A stretch of 64,000 nt of DNA from an uncultured Hormoscilla sp. GTDB taxonomy: Bacteria > Cyanobacteriota > Cyanobacteriia > Cyanobacteriales > Desertifilaceae. Below the pieces are notes generated by a model that searched no databases, had not been told where the DNA came from, and saw only the letters and a program-made list of their open reading frames with translations. This document shows positions 23,590 to 34,884 of the stretch, piece after piece (within the stretch, counting starts at the first letter, position 1; every line of letters starts with the position of its first letter). The position numbers were made by a program, and so were the translations under genes. Location: NCBI GenBank assembly GCA_963921275.4, contig OZ001293.3, positions 3,008,001-3,072,000 of the forward strand, given 5' to 3'.

Positions 23590-24930
23590 TTAAGCAGAAG
23601 CTGGCTTCGGCAGAGAAGAAGGATGTAACAGCAACTCAGCAGTCGATCGCTTCTCAACCATTTCCTTAGTGATGGCGCAGCGAGTCACATCCTTGCGGGA
23701 TGGCAACTCGTACATCACCTCCAGCATCAGTTCTTCCACGATACTCCGCAGGGCCCTCGCTCCCGTCTTGCGCCGGTATGCTTCTTTGGCGATCGCCTTT
23801 ATCGCCTCCGGTCGGAACTCCAGCTGAACATTATCCATCCAGAGCAGTTTCTGGTATTGTTTAACCAGAGCATTTTTCGGTTCCGTCAAGATTGCCATCA
23901 GGGCCTCTTCATCCAGAGGTTCCACAACTGCCGCCACTGGTATTCTGCCAATGAACTCTGGAATCATGCCAAACTTCACCAGATCGTCTGGTTCCATATG
24001 TTTCAGTACCTCAGCTGTCCGTTGTTCCTTTCGAGGCGTATTTTCTCCAGGCTGAATAAACCCGATCGACTTTTTCCCCGTCCGTTGGGAGACCACCTTA
24101 TCCAGGCCCACAAACGCACCGCCACAAATAAACAGGACATTACCCGTATCGATCTGAATGCAATCTTGGTAGGGATGCTTCCGTCCCCCTTGGGGAGGCA
24201 CATTTGCTACAGTTCCCTCCAACATTTTCAGCAAAGCTTGCTGAACACCTTCACCCGATACATCCCTCGTGATTGAGGGATTTTCGCTCTTACGGGCAAT
24301 CTTGTCAATTTCATCTATATAAATGATTCCCCGCTGAGCTTCTTCTACATCAAACTCTGCCACTTGCAGGAGACGCAGCAAGATATTTTCCACATCCTCA
24401 CCGACATACCCCGCTTCCGTCAGTGTCGTCGCATCTGCCACTGCGAAGGGTACATCCAGCATTTTTGCCAGAGTTTGAGCCAACAGCGTTTTTCCACAGC
24501 CCGTCGGCCCGATCAGCAGGATATTCGACTTTTGCAATTCTACAGCATCATCCTTATTAGAACCTTTGCCGTCGTTTTTCGCCTGGATAAAGCTGAGACG
24601 CTTGTAATGGTTATATACCGCCACCGAGAGTACCTTTTTCGCCTCCTCTTGACCTATTACATGGTCGTCGAGGTACTTTTTAATCTCTTTCGGCTTAGGA
24701 ATTTGATGCAACGATACATTTGCTGTACTTTTCCGCCGCTTTGGCGCCGGTTTTTCTCGCCGCTGTCCTGCTGTCGAACTTGAATCAAACAGTTCCTCGT
24801 CTAAAATCTCGTTACACAGTTCCACGCACTCATCGCAAATATATACTCCCGGCCCAGCTATCAATTTGCGCACTTGCTCCTGAGACTTTCCACAAAAGGA
24901 ACATTTTAGATGGGAATCATACTTTGACAT
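23590..24930 (-). CDS. clpX: ATP-dependent Clp protease ATP-binding subunit ClpX
   Basis: CSFCGK zinc finger, [27 protein letters not shown]. Confidence 0.98.
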
Positions 24931-24940
24931 ACTCTGCCTC

Positions 24941-25624
24941 TCATTTCACTACTGCGATCGGTTTGACCTTGGTGGGGCTGGAGATTACGCGATCTATGAT
25001 ACCATAATTTTTGGCTTCCTCTGCCGACATAAAGAAGTCGCGTTCCGTATCTGCTGCTATTTTTTCCAGGGGTTGACCCGTGTGTTCCGCTAGCAATTCA
25101 TTCAGAGTTTGCTTATGATAGAGAATTTCTCGGGCTTGAATTTCTATGTCAACCGCTTGTCCTTGAGCCCCACCTAATGGCTGGTGAATCATGATCCGGG
25201 AATTCGGCAAAGACATGCGCTTGCCTGGGCCCCCCGCCGTCAGCAGAAAGGCGCCCATACTCGCAGCTAAACCATAACATATGGTCACCACATCTGGGCG
25301 AATTTGTTGCATCGTGTCATATATTGCCATCCCAGCCGTCACCGACCCTCCCGGGGAGTTGATGTATAGCTGGATGTCTTTTTCTGGGTCTTCTGCTTCC
25401 AGGAACAGCAATTGGGCCACTAGCGAGTCGGCTACATTATCGTTCACCTGCGTTCCCAAAAAGACAATCCGCTCGCGCAATAGCCGCGAGTAGATATCAA
25501 AGGCCCTTTCTCCTCTACCGGACTGTTCGACTACCATCGGGATGACACCCAAGGTCTTCACAGAGTAGGCATCAAAGCTGCTCTTGCTTTCGGGCGAGTA
25601 ATTTTTGGTTTGAGATACAAGCAT
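24941..25624 (-). CDS. clpP: ATP-dependent Clp protease proteolytic subunit
   Basis: [35 protein letters not shown]. Confidence 0.97.
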
Positions 25625-25632
25625 AAAGCCGT

Positions 25633-25675
25633 CAGTTGTCAGTTATCAGTTGTCAGTTGTCAGTTGTCAGTTGCC
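25633..25675. repeat. Heptamer STRR (TCAGTTG)n
   Basis: About six tandem 7-mers between tig and clpP. Confidence 0.75.
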
Positions 25676-25789
25676 TAGTCTGTCTTTGCCTGTTCTGGTC
25701 AGCTAATACCATTCTCTCTGTAGACCATTATGACCTAATCTACTGGAGTTGGGGGGGAAATCTTACTCTTGGGACTCGAATGGGCCGAT

Positions 25790-27301
25790 CTACTCGATAG
25801 GTGCTTCGGGCCCTGTTTGAGGGATTTCCTCTGCTGGTGCTGGATCTACTAGTGCTGTCTCCTCGCGAACCCCTACGGTCCGCGGACGGCCCGAAAAATC
25901 GGACTCCGACTGGCCGATCGCCTCTTGGGAGTCTGGATCTGCTGGTGGTTGTAGGGTTCCTTCTGGGACCAGTTCTATCGTGCTATGTTCTTCTACCCAA
26001 CCGAGGACTTTTTCTCGCACCAGGTCTATTCCGACCGCCTCTCTTAGTTTTTCTTGGTCAAATATCTCCTTCTCCTGATGGGAGTATTGAGCCAATATCT
26101 CTGTCATTTTCGCCTCTATGGCTTCTGGGGAGACAAAAATGGATTCCCGTTTGGCTATTTCTGTTACTGCTAGGTTGCGTTTAATCCGTTCGATCGCCTC
26201 TGGCTGTGAGTTCTGGCGCATGGAAGCGACCATTTCTTTTGTCAAGATCTTTTGCAAGTCCACCCCTTGCCTAGCCAGATCGTATACTGTCTGAGTCACC
26301 ATTTCGTCAATCTCAGAGGATATCGTACTTGCAGGAATTTCCACTTCCAGCTGCTCTACCAGCGCCTCCATGAGAGCTTGGGACTTATTAGCTGCTGTTT
26401 GACGTTCGGCCCGCTCTTTATATTTGCTTTCCAGATCGGCTCGCAATTCGGCTAGGGTTTCAAACTCACTAACTTCTGCGGCGAGTTCATCGTCTAATTC
26501 TGGCAACTCTTGTTCTTTAATCTCCTTGAGGGTAATGCTGAACACCGCTGGAATACCCCTCAAGTCCTTTTGGGGATAGTCTTCTGGGAACTGGAGCGGT
26601 ACTTCTTTAGTTTCCCCCAGCTGCATCCCGACAATGCCCTCCACAAATCCAGGGATAAACCCTTCCGTTTTCAGTTCCAGTTCAAACTCGGAGGCTTTGG
26701 CTCCGGGAATCTCTGTTTCCCCTTCTTGCCCTTCTTGCCCTTCAAAAGACGATGTCCTCGCCATCCGCCCGGCAAAATCGATCACCGTTATGTCACCCAT
26801 CTGGGCTGGACGGTCTTCTACTGGTATCAGAGTCGCTTGCTTGTGACGTTGCTCTTCCAATATTTCATCTACTGTGACGGGGTCGTACTTTACTTCCTCT
26901 ACTTTTATGGTTAAGCCTGTGTACTGTTCGATTTGAATTTCTGGCGGTATGTCAACCGCCACATTGAATGTCAGCGGTTGTCCTGGCTGATACTGGCTGA
27001 CTAATGCCTCGAACTCTGATACCAACTGGGGTTTGTCCAAAGCCTCTATCTTCTCTTGGGCGATCGCCTCTGATGCCACTTCTTCGATCAGCTTTTCTAG
27101 GGCCACTGCTTTCAGATTCTGGGAGCCCAACCGCTGGATCAACACTTGACGCGGCACTTTTCCTTTCCGAAACCCAGGAATGTTTACCTTCCGCCTGTAC
27201 TCTGCCAGCACCTGCTCGTAAGCCTGCTTGGACCTTTCCGGTGTTATTTCTATTTCCAGACCCATCTGGCTGTTTGGACGCTTTTCCTGGGTTACTTTCA
27301 T
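25790..27301 (-). CDS. tig: Trigger factor
   Basis: IPGFRKGKVP signature, FKBP domain, tig-clpP-clpX synteny. Confidence 0.96.
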   Translation of the reverse strand: MKVTQEKRPNSQMGLEIEITPERSKQAYEQVLAEYRRKVNIPGFRKGKVPRQVLIQRLGSQNLKAVALEKLIEEVASEAIAQEKIEALDKPQLVSEFEALVSQYQPGQPLTFNVAVDIPPEIQIEQYTGLTIKVEEVKYDPVTVDEILEEQRHKQATLIPVEDRPAQMGDITVIDFAGRMARTSSFEGQEGQEGETEIPGAKASEFELELKTEGFIPGFVEGIVGMQLGETKEVPLQFPEDYPQKDLRGIPAVFSITLKEIKEQELPELDDELAAEVSEFETLAELRADLESKYKERAERQTAANKSQALMEALVEQLEVEIPASTISSEIDEMVTQTVYDLARQGVDLQKILTKEMVASMRQNSQPEAIERIKRNLAVTEIAKRESIFVSPEAIEAKMTEILAQYSHQEKEIFDQEKLREAVGIDLVREKVLGWVEEHSTIELVPEGTLQPPADPDSQEAIGQSESDFSGRPRTVGVREETALVDPAPAEEIPQTGPEAPIE

Positions 27302-27661
27302 TTGTTCTTGACCAATATTTCCTACTTGTTCGCAGTCGGCCCGATCGCCCTAGCCTACCAGCAGCGCCATAGACGCCTGCCGGTTGTGGCGCTGCTGCAT
27401 GCAGTTGCCGATCGACATTGCTTTCCTATCATACAGTTCCTGTCCGTGATTGGGGCGGATACATCAGCCCGATAACTTTCAAGACCCTAAAACCCAGGCT
27501 GCCAGGCTAACTCAGGCCCTTTGCGCCATCGGAGCGATCCCAGTCAGGTGTTAACTTGCTATTAGTTAGATTAAGATAGATTACATCCGAGACCTGCTAG
27601 AATCGGAAAGCTTATAGTTCGTTCATATTTTCTATTTTCGCCTTGTGCTCAAACTTAATAC

Positions 27662-28738
27662 TTGTCTGTAGAAGGAGGGGCTTTGTCTATATATTACCGA
27701 GTAGCAATTTTAGGAGCGACGGGTGCAGTGGGCACCGAGTTAGTGGAATTATTGGCATCGCGAAAATTTCCCCTTGCCGATCTGAAGCTGCTAGCTTCCC
27801 CGAGGAGTGCCGGTCGTAAAATGAGGTTTCAGGACAGGGAAATAGAAGTGGAGGCGGTAGGAGAGGGGTGTTTTGATGATGTGGATTTGGTGCTAGCCTC
27901 AGCAGGAGGTGCGATTTCGAGAACTTGGGCGCACAAAGCAGTAGCAGCTGGGGCCGTGGTGGTGGATAACTCGAGTGCTTTCCGTATGGATCCGCAAGTA
28001 CCATTGGTAATTCCAGAAATTAACCCCCAAGCAGCGGCAAAACATCAGGGGATTATTGCCAACCCCAACTGCTCGACGATTTTGATGGCTGTTGCGGTCT
28101 GGCCTTTGCATCAGGTCCAACCGGTGGAGCGCTTGGTGGTGGCGACCTACCAATCGGCTAGTGGTGCCGGTGCGCGGGCGATGCAAGAGGTGAAAACTCA
28201 GGCCCAAGCGATCTTAAATGGTGAAGAACCCCAGGCTTCGGCGTTTCCCTATCCCTTGGCTTTTAATTTGTTTCTGCATAACTCGAAGTTGAACGATCGG
28301 GGGTATTGTGAGGAAGAAATGAAAATGGTGAATGAGACGCGGAAGATTTTTGGGGCACCGGAGATGAGAATAGCAGCAACTTGCGTGCGGGTGCCCGTAC
28401 TCCGGGCCCATTCGGAAGCAGTGAATCTGGAATTTTCCCAGCCTTTTGATGTACAAGCGGCGCGGGAAATTATTAAAGCAGCACCAGGGGTGCGTCTGGT
28501 AGAAGATTGGCAAGCAAACTATTTCCCGATGCCGATGGAGGCGACGGGTAAAGATGATGTATTGGTCGGTCGGATTCGTCAAGATATTTCTCATCCCTGT
28601 GGGTTGGATATGTGGCTGAGTGGCGACCAAATTCGGAAGGGGGCAGCTTTGAATGCCGTGCAAATTGCGGAGTTGTTGGTGGAACAGAATCTGCTAGGTA
28701 GTCCGAAAATGCTGGCAAGGACTGCCTTTGAGAGTTAA
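27662..28738 (+). CDS. asd: Aspartate-semialdehyde dehydrogenase (start uncertain)
   Basis: GATGAVG, DNSSAFRM, NPNCST, QSASGAG, RKGAALNAVQ. Confidence 0.96.
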   Translation: MSVEGGALSIYYRVAILGATGAVGTELVELLASRKFPLADLKLLASPRSAGRKMRFQDREIEVEAVGEGCFDDVDLVLASAGGAISRTWAHKAVAAGAVVVDNSSAFRMDPQVPLVIPEINPQAAAKHQGIIANPNCSTILMAVAVWPLHQVQPVERLVVATYQSASGAGARAMQEVKTQAQAILNGEEPQASAFPYPLAFNLFLHNSKLNDRGYCEEEMKMVNETRKIFGAPEMRIAATCVRVPVLRAHSEAVNLEFSQPFDVQAAREIIKAAPGVRLVEDWQANYFPMPMEATGKDDVLVGRIRQDISHPCGLDMWLSGDQIRKGAALNAVQIAELLVEQNLLGSPKMLARTAFES

Positions 28739-28754
28739 CAATGAGGAGTGAATT

Positions 28755-29639
28755 GTGAGAGATTTTGGACGAGTGATCGCTGCGATGGTGACGCCTTTCG
28801 CAGCAGATGGCAAGGTAGATTACGCTGTTGCTGAAAAGCTGGCATCCTGGTTAGTGGAAAACGGAACAGATAGTTTGGTGGTTTGCGGTACGACGGGTGA
28901 GTCTCCAACTTTAAGTTGGGATGAGGAGTACGAGTTGTTTCAGGTGGTGCAGCGCACAGTGGCGGGGAAGGCGTTGGTAATCGCTGGTACGGGCTCGAAT
29001 TCGACCTCGGAGGCGATCGCGGCTACCGAAAAAGCTGCTAAGCTAGGATTAGATGGTTCTTTGCAGGTGGTGCCTTATTACAATAAGCCGCCTCAAGAGG
29101 GGCTTTATCAGCATTTTCGGGCGATCGCAGATAGTTGCCCTTCCTTGCCGATGATGCTCTACAATATACCCGGTCGGACTGGGACGAATATGCAACCAGA
29201 GACGATCGCGCGTCTGGCGGAAATAGATAATATCGTGGCAATCAAGGAGTCGAGTGGGAATCTCGATCGGGTCAGTCAGATCAGAAGTATGACTGGGCCA
29301 GAATTTGAGATCTACTCAGGGGATGATTCTCTGACTTTGCCCATGTTAGCTGTGGGCGGGAAAGGGGTGGTCAGTGTTGCTGCTCATTTGGTGGGAAATC
29401 AGCTACAAGAGATGATTAAAGCCTTTGGGGCGGGTCAGACCCAAAAGGCGACTGAAATCCATCTGCAACTTTTCCCTTTATTCAAAGCTTTGTTTACCAC
29501 TACGAACCCTATTCCCGTTAAGGCAGCACTCAAACTGCAAGGTTGGGAGGTGGGTTCGACTCGTCTTCCCCTTGGAGACCCGCCGGAACATGTCAATCAA
29601 ACCCTAAAAAATGTTATAACTGAACTAAATTTACTCTAA
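28755..29639 (+). CDS. dapA: 4-hydroxy-tetrahydrodipicolinate synthase
   Basis: [22 protein letters not shown]. Confidence 0.97.
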   Translation: MRDFGRVIAAMVTPFAADGKVDYAVAEKLASWLVENGTDSLVVCGTTGESPTLSWDEEYELFQVVQRTVAGKALVIAGTGSNSTSEAIAATEKAAKLGLDGSLQVVPYYNKPPQEGLYQHFRAIADSCPSLPMMLYNIPGRTGTNMQPETIARLAEIDNIVAIKESSGNLDRVSQIRSMTGPEFEIYSGDDSLTLPMLAVGGKGVVSVAAHLVGNQLQEMIKAFGAGQTQKATEIHLQLFPLFKALFTTTNPIPVKAALKLQGWEVGSTRLPLGDPPEHVNQTLKNVITELNLL

Positions 29640-29925
29640 GCAGGTTTTGAGTACAACTTAGTAGTTTGAATTGTCAGTGGTAGGTAGTCAGTTGAAAGTA
29701 GTCAGTTGAAAGTAGCCCAATAACAACAAAAACTAACAACATACTGACAGGCGAGACGCCTGTACTACGAACTGACAACTAACAACATACTGACAGGCGT
29801 CTCGCCTGTCATACGAACTAACAACTAACAACCAACCATTGTCGTGGGTTAGTCATTAGTCATCAGCAAAGGACTAATGACGCCGACGCCTAATGACTAA
29901 ACATAAATGAATGTAGAGGTAGTTT

Positions 29926-31728
29926 ATGACTAAAAACGGATCGAAACCAAAACTAAAAATTATTCCCCTAGGAGGATTACACGAAATCGGCAAAAATACC
30001 TGCGTTTTTGAGTTTAATGAGGAAATTATGCTGCTGGACGCAGGACTGGGTTTCCCGACTGAGGGAATGCATGGGGTTAATATTGTTTTGCCCGATATCA
30101 GCTATCTGCGAGAAAATCGTCACCGCATTCAGGGGATGATCGTTACTCACGGTCATGAAGATCATATAGGGGGTATTCCCTATCACCTACGAGAGTTTGA
30201 TATTCCAGTGATTTACGGTCCCCGCTTGGCAATGGCTTTGCTGGAGTATAAACTGGCAGAGGCGGGATTGGCCGATCGCACGGAGTTGAGAACGGTAGGA
30301 CCGCGGGACATGGTTCGGATTGGTAAGTATTTTTTGGTGGAGTTTATTCGCAATACTCACTCGATGGCGGATAGCTTTACGGTGGCGATACATACCCCTA
30401 TTGGCATGGTGATTCATACGGGAGATTTTAAGATCGATCATACGCCAGTAGATGGGGAACGTTTTGATTTTCATAGATTGGCGGAACATGGCGAACAGGG
30501 CGTTCTCTGTTTGATGAGTGATTCGACTAACTCGGAAGTATCGGGTTTCACTCCTTCGGAAAATTCTGTTTATCCTAATCTGGATCGGGTGATTTCTCAA
30601 GCGCCAGGACGGGTGCTGGTAACGACGTTTGCTTCTTCGGTGCATCGGATTAATATAATTTTGCAGCTGGCCCAGAAGAATAACCGGTTGGTGTCGATCC
30701 TGGGACGATCAATGCTGAATGTGATTGCCCACGCACGCAATCTGGGTTATATCAAGTGCCCGGAGAGTTTACTGCAACCTTTACATGCTATACGCAGTCT
30801 GCCCGACGATCAAATATTGATTCTGACTACGGGTTCTCAAGGGGAACCTCTGTCGGCCATGACTCGGATCGCGAATAAATCTCACCGACAAATTAAAATC
30901 CGTAAGGGGGATACGGTGGTATTCTCGGCGAACCCGATCCCGGGAAATACAATTTCGGTGGTGAACACGATTGATAAATTGATGAAGCTGGGTGCTAATG
31001 TGGTATATGGGCGAGATCAGGGGATTCATGTTTCTGGTCACGGCTGTCAGGAAGATCAAAAGTTGATGCTGGGTCTGACTCGCCCTAAGTTTTTCTTGCC
31101 AGTTCACGGCGAACACCGCATGCTGATTAAACATGCCCAAATTGCTCAAAGTCTGGGCATTCCCCAGGAAAATATGGTCATAGTTGATAATGGAGATGTG
31201 GTAGAATTGTCGGCAGATTCTATCCGCATCGCTAGTAAGGTCTCTTCTGGCATTGTCTTGGTGGATAATGCGGGACTGTTCCACGATCGCCTGCTGAAGG
31301 AACGCCAGCAACTGGCAGAAGATGGGGTGGTCACGATCGCTGCTACGATCGGTTGGGATGGTAAGTTAGTCGCTCAGCCTCAGTTACATCTGCGAGGTGT
31401 GGTCACTGGCCTGGAAAGTACGCATTTACAAGCTTCCGTGACTCAGTTTATGGAAACTATCTTGCGCGCTCGCTTTTCGGAGTTCTCTTATAGCTTCGAG
31501 AATGGGGAAGTTGAAGTTGACTGGGAAAAACTCCAAGCTCAGTTAGAGACGACATTGGGTAAGCTTGTGCGACGCTTGCTGCAAAGTAAGCCTATGCTGG
31601 TCTTGTTACTCCAAAAACTAGATTTTCCTGATGTCCCCTCAACTCTCCCCACTGTTGCGGAAGGTACTGACAGTCCAGTTAAGTCTCGACGCACTCGTAT
31701 CCGTCCTACTGCTAAAGTCGCTTCTTAG
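29926..31728 (+). CDS. rnj: Ribonuclease J
   Basis: PLGGLHEIGKN, HGHEDHIG, HVSGH, PVHGE; asd-dapA-rnj synteny. Confidence 0.96.
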   Translation: MTKNGSKPKLKIIPLGGLHEIGKNTCVFEFNEEIMLLDAGLGFPTEGMHGVNIVLPDISYLRENRHRIQGMIVTHGHEDHIGGIPYHLREFDIPVIYGPRLAMALLEYKLAEAGLADRTELRTVGPRDMVRIGKYFLVEFIRNTHSMADSFTVAIHTPIGMVIHTGDFKIDHTPVDGERFDFHRLAEHGEQGVLCLMSDSTNSEVSGFTPSENSVYPNLDRVISQAPGRVLVTTFASSVHRINIILQLAQKNNRLVSILGRSMLNVIAHARNLGYIKCPESLLQPLHAIRSLPDDQILILTTGSQGEPLSAMTRIANKSHRQIKIRKGDTVVFSANPIPGNTISVVNTIDKLMKLGANVVYGRDQGIHVSGHGCQEDQKLMLGLTRPKFFLPVHGEHRMLIKHAQIAQSLGIPQENMVIVDNGDVVELSADSIRIASKVSSGIVLVDNAGLFHDRLLKERQQLAEDGVVTIAATIGWDGKLVAQPQLHLRGVVTGLESTHLQASVTQFMETILRARFSEFSYSFENGEVEVDWEKLQAQLETTLGKLVRRLLQSKPMLVLLLQKLDFPDVPSTLPTVAEGTDSPVKSRRTRIRPTAKVAS

Positions 31729-31837
31729 ATGGTAATGCGTAGGACGGGCGGAACGAGGTTCTGCGTAGGGCGGGCGTCTCGCCTGCCCTACGCTCCGGAA
31801 GATGAGATTAAAATCAAGCTAGGTAGAGGATAAAATA

Positions 31838-31980
31838 ATGTCAGACGATCGGCGAATAGCGACAGCATTACTGCTGCTGAGGCTGAGTGTATTTCTAGTC
31901 ATGTTGGTTTGGACGCTAATTAAATTCGTGCAGCCGGAAAGAGCAGCTATAATATTTGAGAAGATCGTTCGGCCAGATTA
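31838..31980 (+). pseudogene. Short membrane-protein (DoxX-like) N-terminal fragment
   Basis: MSDDRRIATALLLLRLSVFLVMLVWTL..., truncated just before the transposase remnant. Confidence 0.35.
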
Positions 31981-31989
31981 ACCTATGGC

Positions 31990-32770
31990 TAAGACTATTA
32001 GTGGAACGGGGTTGTCTATTACTTCGGCATCAAGCAGGGAACTATCTAGTTATCTGAGTTCTTGCCTCGAACAGCTGGGTTAAGAGGCGATACACTAAGG
32101 CACCAACAAGGCCCAAACCGCTATTGACACCTTTGAACAGCACATTCCCTCCTTTGTTGAAGGCATTCATGCTTGGTGGCCCTGAGGAAAGCCCCTGAGG
32201 GCCAAAACCGATGATCTTGAGTTACAACAGTGGGTGCTGGAACTGTTGTTACCCTGGGCCTCTTGGCATCAACAAGCAGGCAAAAATCAACAAAAAGAGC
32301 TCAAACTGGCCTATCAGGCGGCTGCCTCCCTGGCCTCAGATCCCTTGGAAGCCTACCCTCTGACTCAAGAACTGTCCTGTCAGGCGGCTGCCTCCCTGGC
32401 CTCAGATCCCTTGGAAGCCTACCCTCTGACTCAAGAACTGTCCTGTGATGCACGTCCCTCTGTGGGTGGAGTGGGCAAACTGGATAGTTCTTAAATATGG
32501 AAGGACGCAATGGCTATTTGTCTGGTCTCCATCATTCCTCTCGCGGCTTTTCGGGCTCAAAGCTTAGCGGTACTCACTGTCATTTACAATTTTGACATCA
32601 GGCGAGCGGATGGTATTACAGCAGCGCCACAACTCTTTGGATACTATGCACGAGAATCTATTTGAGTGGGTTGTAGACCATATGGGTGAGATCCCCCTGC
32701 CACGACAGTCATCAAAAACACAATCGCCCAATCCCTTACCCCGACTTACTGTCCCGGCTTAAGTTGATAG
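31990..32770 (+). pseudogene. Degraded transposase-like gene (DUF6399-like) with an internal 66-bp tandem duplication
   Basis: Broken frames give EGRNGYLS...LTVIYNFDIRRADGITAA..LF..WVVDHMGEIPLPR. Exact duplication with period 66 at 32314 and 32380. Confidence 0.55.
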
Positions 32771-32836
32771 CCACGCTCTAGACAATTTTCTCAGCATGGT
32801 ATACAATATAAAAAGAGTAGATTAGGAGCAGTCCCA

Positions 32837-33658
32837 ATGCCCTCTCCATTTCCCGGAATGAACCCCTATCTGGAAAACCCCCGCTTTTGGCATCAAATCC
32901 ATAAATGGTTAACGATATTGATTGCAGAAATCATGAATCAGAAAATCTGCCCCAAATATTTGGTATCTGTTGAGGAGCGAGTGTATCAAACAACTGAAGA
33001 TGGTGATGGCACGTTGCTCGTAGGAATTCCTGATAATGTAGTGATAGGACAAAGTAGAGTCAATATTGTCCCCCCCTTAACCGGAGCTGTTGCGGTCGCT
33101 GCCCCCTCTACCCAGCCAGTTCAGATTAACTTGCCAATGCCAGAAATAGTTAAGGAATGGTATCTGGAAGTGCGAGAAGTGGGGACAGATGAAGTCATTA
33201 CCGTGATTGAAATCCTCTCGCCGAAAAACAAACAAGCGGGAGAAGGAAGGAAAAGCTACATGCAAAAACGCGAAAAGATCCTGGGGAGTTCAACCCATTT
33301 GATCGAAATTGATTTATTGCGCCAGGGCAAACCCATGCTCATGTTAAACCAGGATCTGAAGACTCACTACCGCATTGTGGTGAGCCGCAGCCAGACCCGC
33401 CCTAGGGCAGACCTCTATGCTTTTAATTTGCAGCAAGAAATACCATCTATTCCTTTGCCCTTGCAAAAAGAAGATGAAGAACCGCTAATTCCACTCCAAT
33501 CATTATTACATACTCTGTACGATCGGGGCAGATACGATTTGAGAGTCGATTATCAAAAAAAGCCGATACCTGCTTTATCAACTGAAGATGATACCTGGGC
33601 AAATCAACTATTGTCTACATTAGGATTGCATAAAAATAACCCTTCTGACAATCCCTAA
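32837..33658 (+). CDS. DUF4058 family protein
   Basis: MPSPFPGMNPYLE start, IEILSPKNK, HLIEIDLLRQG. Confidence 0.85.
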   Translation: MPSPFPGMNPYLENPRFWHQIHKWLTILIAEIMNQKICPKYLVSVEERVYQTTEDGDGTLLVGIPDNVVIGQSRVNIVPPLTGAVAVAAPSTQPVQINLPMPEIVKEWYLEVREVGTDEVITVIEILSPKNKQAGEGRKSYMQKREKILGSSTHLIEIDLLRQGKPMLMLNQDLKTHYRIVVSRSQTRPRADLYAFNLQQEIPSIPLPLQKEDEEPLIPLQSLLHTLYDRGRYDLRVDYQKKPIPALSTEDDTWANQLLSTLGLHKNNPSDNP

Positions 33659-33707
33659 GCATAAACTGGAGAATTTATGGTATAATCAACAAGGGAGTAA
33701 TAAAACA

Positions 33708-34076
33708 ATGATTCTGAACATAGTAGGCGACAAATTGCAGATAGAGTGGGAATGGTACGAGCAATTATGGGGAGCAAACCTGGAGAAAACCTGGGAAATT
33801 CCCCTAAGTCATATCCAAGGAGTGACTACAGAGGAACCAGCCAGCAGTTGGACTGAAATCCGCGCTCCGGGAACTTTCTTTCCCGGTATAATCAAGGCGG
33901 GAACCTATTACAGCAATCGCGGTAAGGAGTTCTGGTACGTGACGAAGGATCGGGATTACTTGGTATTGTCACTCCAGGAGGAGTCTTTCAAGAAAATTAT
34001 CCTGATTTTGGAGCAAAATGAATATTGGCGATCGCGCCTCGTGGAAACCCTATCTGAGACTACCGAGTGCAGCTAA
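33708..34076 (+). CDS. Conserved hypothetical protein
   Basis: Clean 122-aa ORF with upstream GGAG; IRAPGTFFPGIIKAGTYY motif. Confidence 0.65.
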   Translation: MILNIVGDKLQIEWEWYEQLWGANLEKTWEIPLSHIQGVTTEEPASSWTEIRAPGTFFPGIIKAGTYYSNRGKEFWYVTKDRDYLVLSLQEESFKKIILILEQNEYWRSRLVETLSETTECS

Positions 34077-34123
34077 ATTGCTAATTGGTGAAGTGTTGCT
34101 GACAACTATCATTCTCCGTACAT

Positions 34124-34354
34124 TTACCACATAGTATTGAGGTCTTCTTTGAAGTCAGCAACATCGTAATGAACGCAGATGTCACGACTGGCAAGTAAAT
34201 GTTGAAATTGGATTAAATGCATTCCCAGTATACGACTTGCTTTGCCTATACTTAATTGATTTTGTCGGAATAGCATCAGCACAATTTCCTGCATGAACTC
34301 ATTTTCCGACATGAGTGCAGATTGGAGGATTTCATCTGAGATGACTAGGCTCAT
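34124..34354 (-). CDS. UPF0175 family protein
   Basis: LSIGKASRILGM...FQHLLASRDI..HYD. Confidence 0.75.
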   Translation of the reverse strand: MSLVISDEILQSALMSENEFMQEIVLMLFRQNQLSIGKASRILGMHLIQFQHLLASRDICVHYDVADFKEDLNTMW

Positions 34355-34424
34355 TTTTCTCCTGTAGTCCTTCGAGTCTACTTTAATCTTATAAGAGATT
34401 GCTTTCTAATCCCTTAGCCTCTTG

Positions 34425-34548
34425 GGAATTGCGATTGGGGAGCTGTGAGTGTATTATAATGTAGAAGAGGATCCCAAACCTCGCGTCGAGATCATCGCGA
34501 TCGGGGTTAAGGAACGCAACCAGGTAAGAATTGGCAATAAGGTAGTCT
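34425..34548 (+). pseudogene. RelE/ParE-type toxin C-terminal remnant
   Basis: Broken frame LRLG..VYYNVEEDPKPRVEIIAIGVKERN directly upstream of an antitoxin-like ORF. Confidence 0.45.
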
Positions 34549-34806
34549 ATGAAAACACTTGAACTTACCCAAGCGACAGCAACACTGGTAGATTACTTGC
34601 AAAATATGGGTCCGGAAACCCATATACTCAGCATTGACGGTCAACCGGTAGCTGCTTTGATGCCACTGGAAAATCTTGGTATGGAGACAATCAGTCTCAG
34701 CACGAACCCTGAGTTTTTAGGTATTTTAGCAGAATCAAGGGCAAGTTTGAAAGCAGAAGGAGGAATTCCCCTAGCAGAAGTAAAGCGGCGCTTATATCTG
34801 GCTTAA
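34549..34806 (+). CDS. Putative type II antitoxin (Phd/YefM-like)
   Basis: 85 aa; LELTQATATL...DGQPVAALMP...GIPLAEVKRRL. Confidence 0.55.
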   Translation: MKTLELTQATATLVDYLQNMGPETHILSIDGQPVAALMPLENLGMETISLSTNPEFLGILAESRASLKAEGGIPLAEVKRRLYLA

Positions 34807-34884
34807 ATAAGGTGCGATCGCGCGGCAAATTAATGCAAGCAATCTAGCCCGCGCAGGCGGGCTTCGTTCATGTAGCCGGACCTT

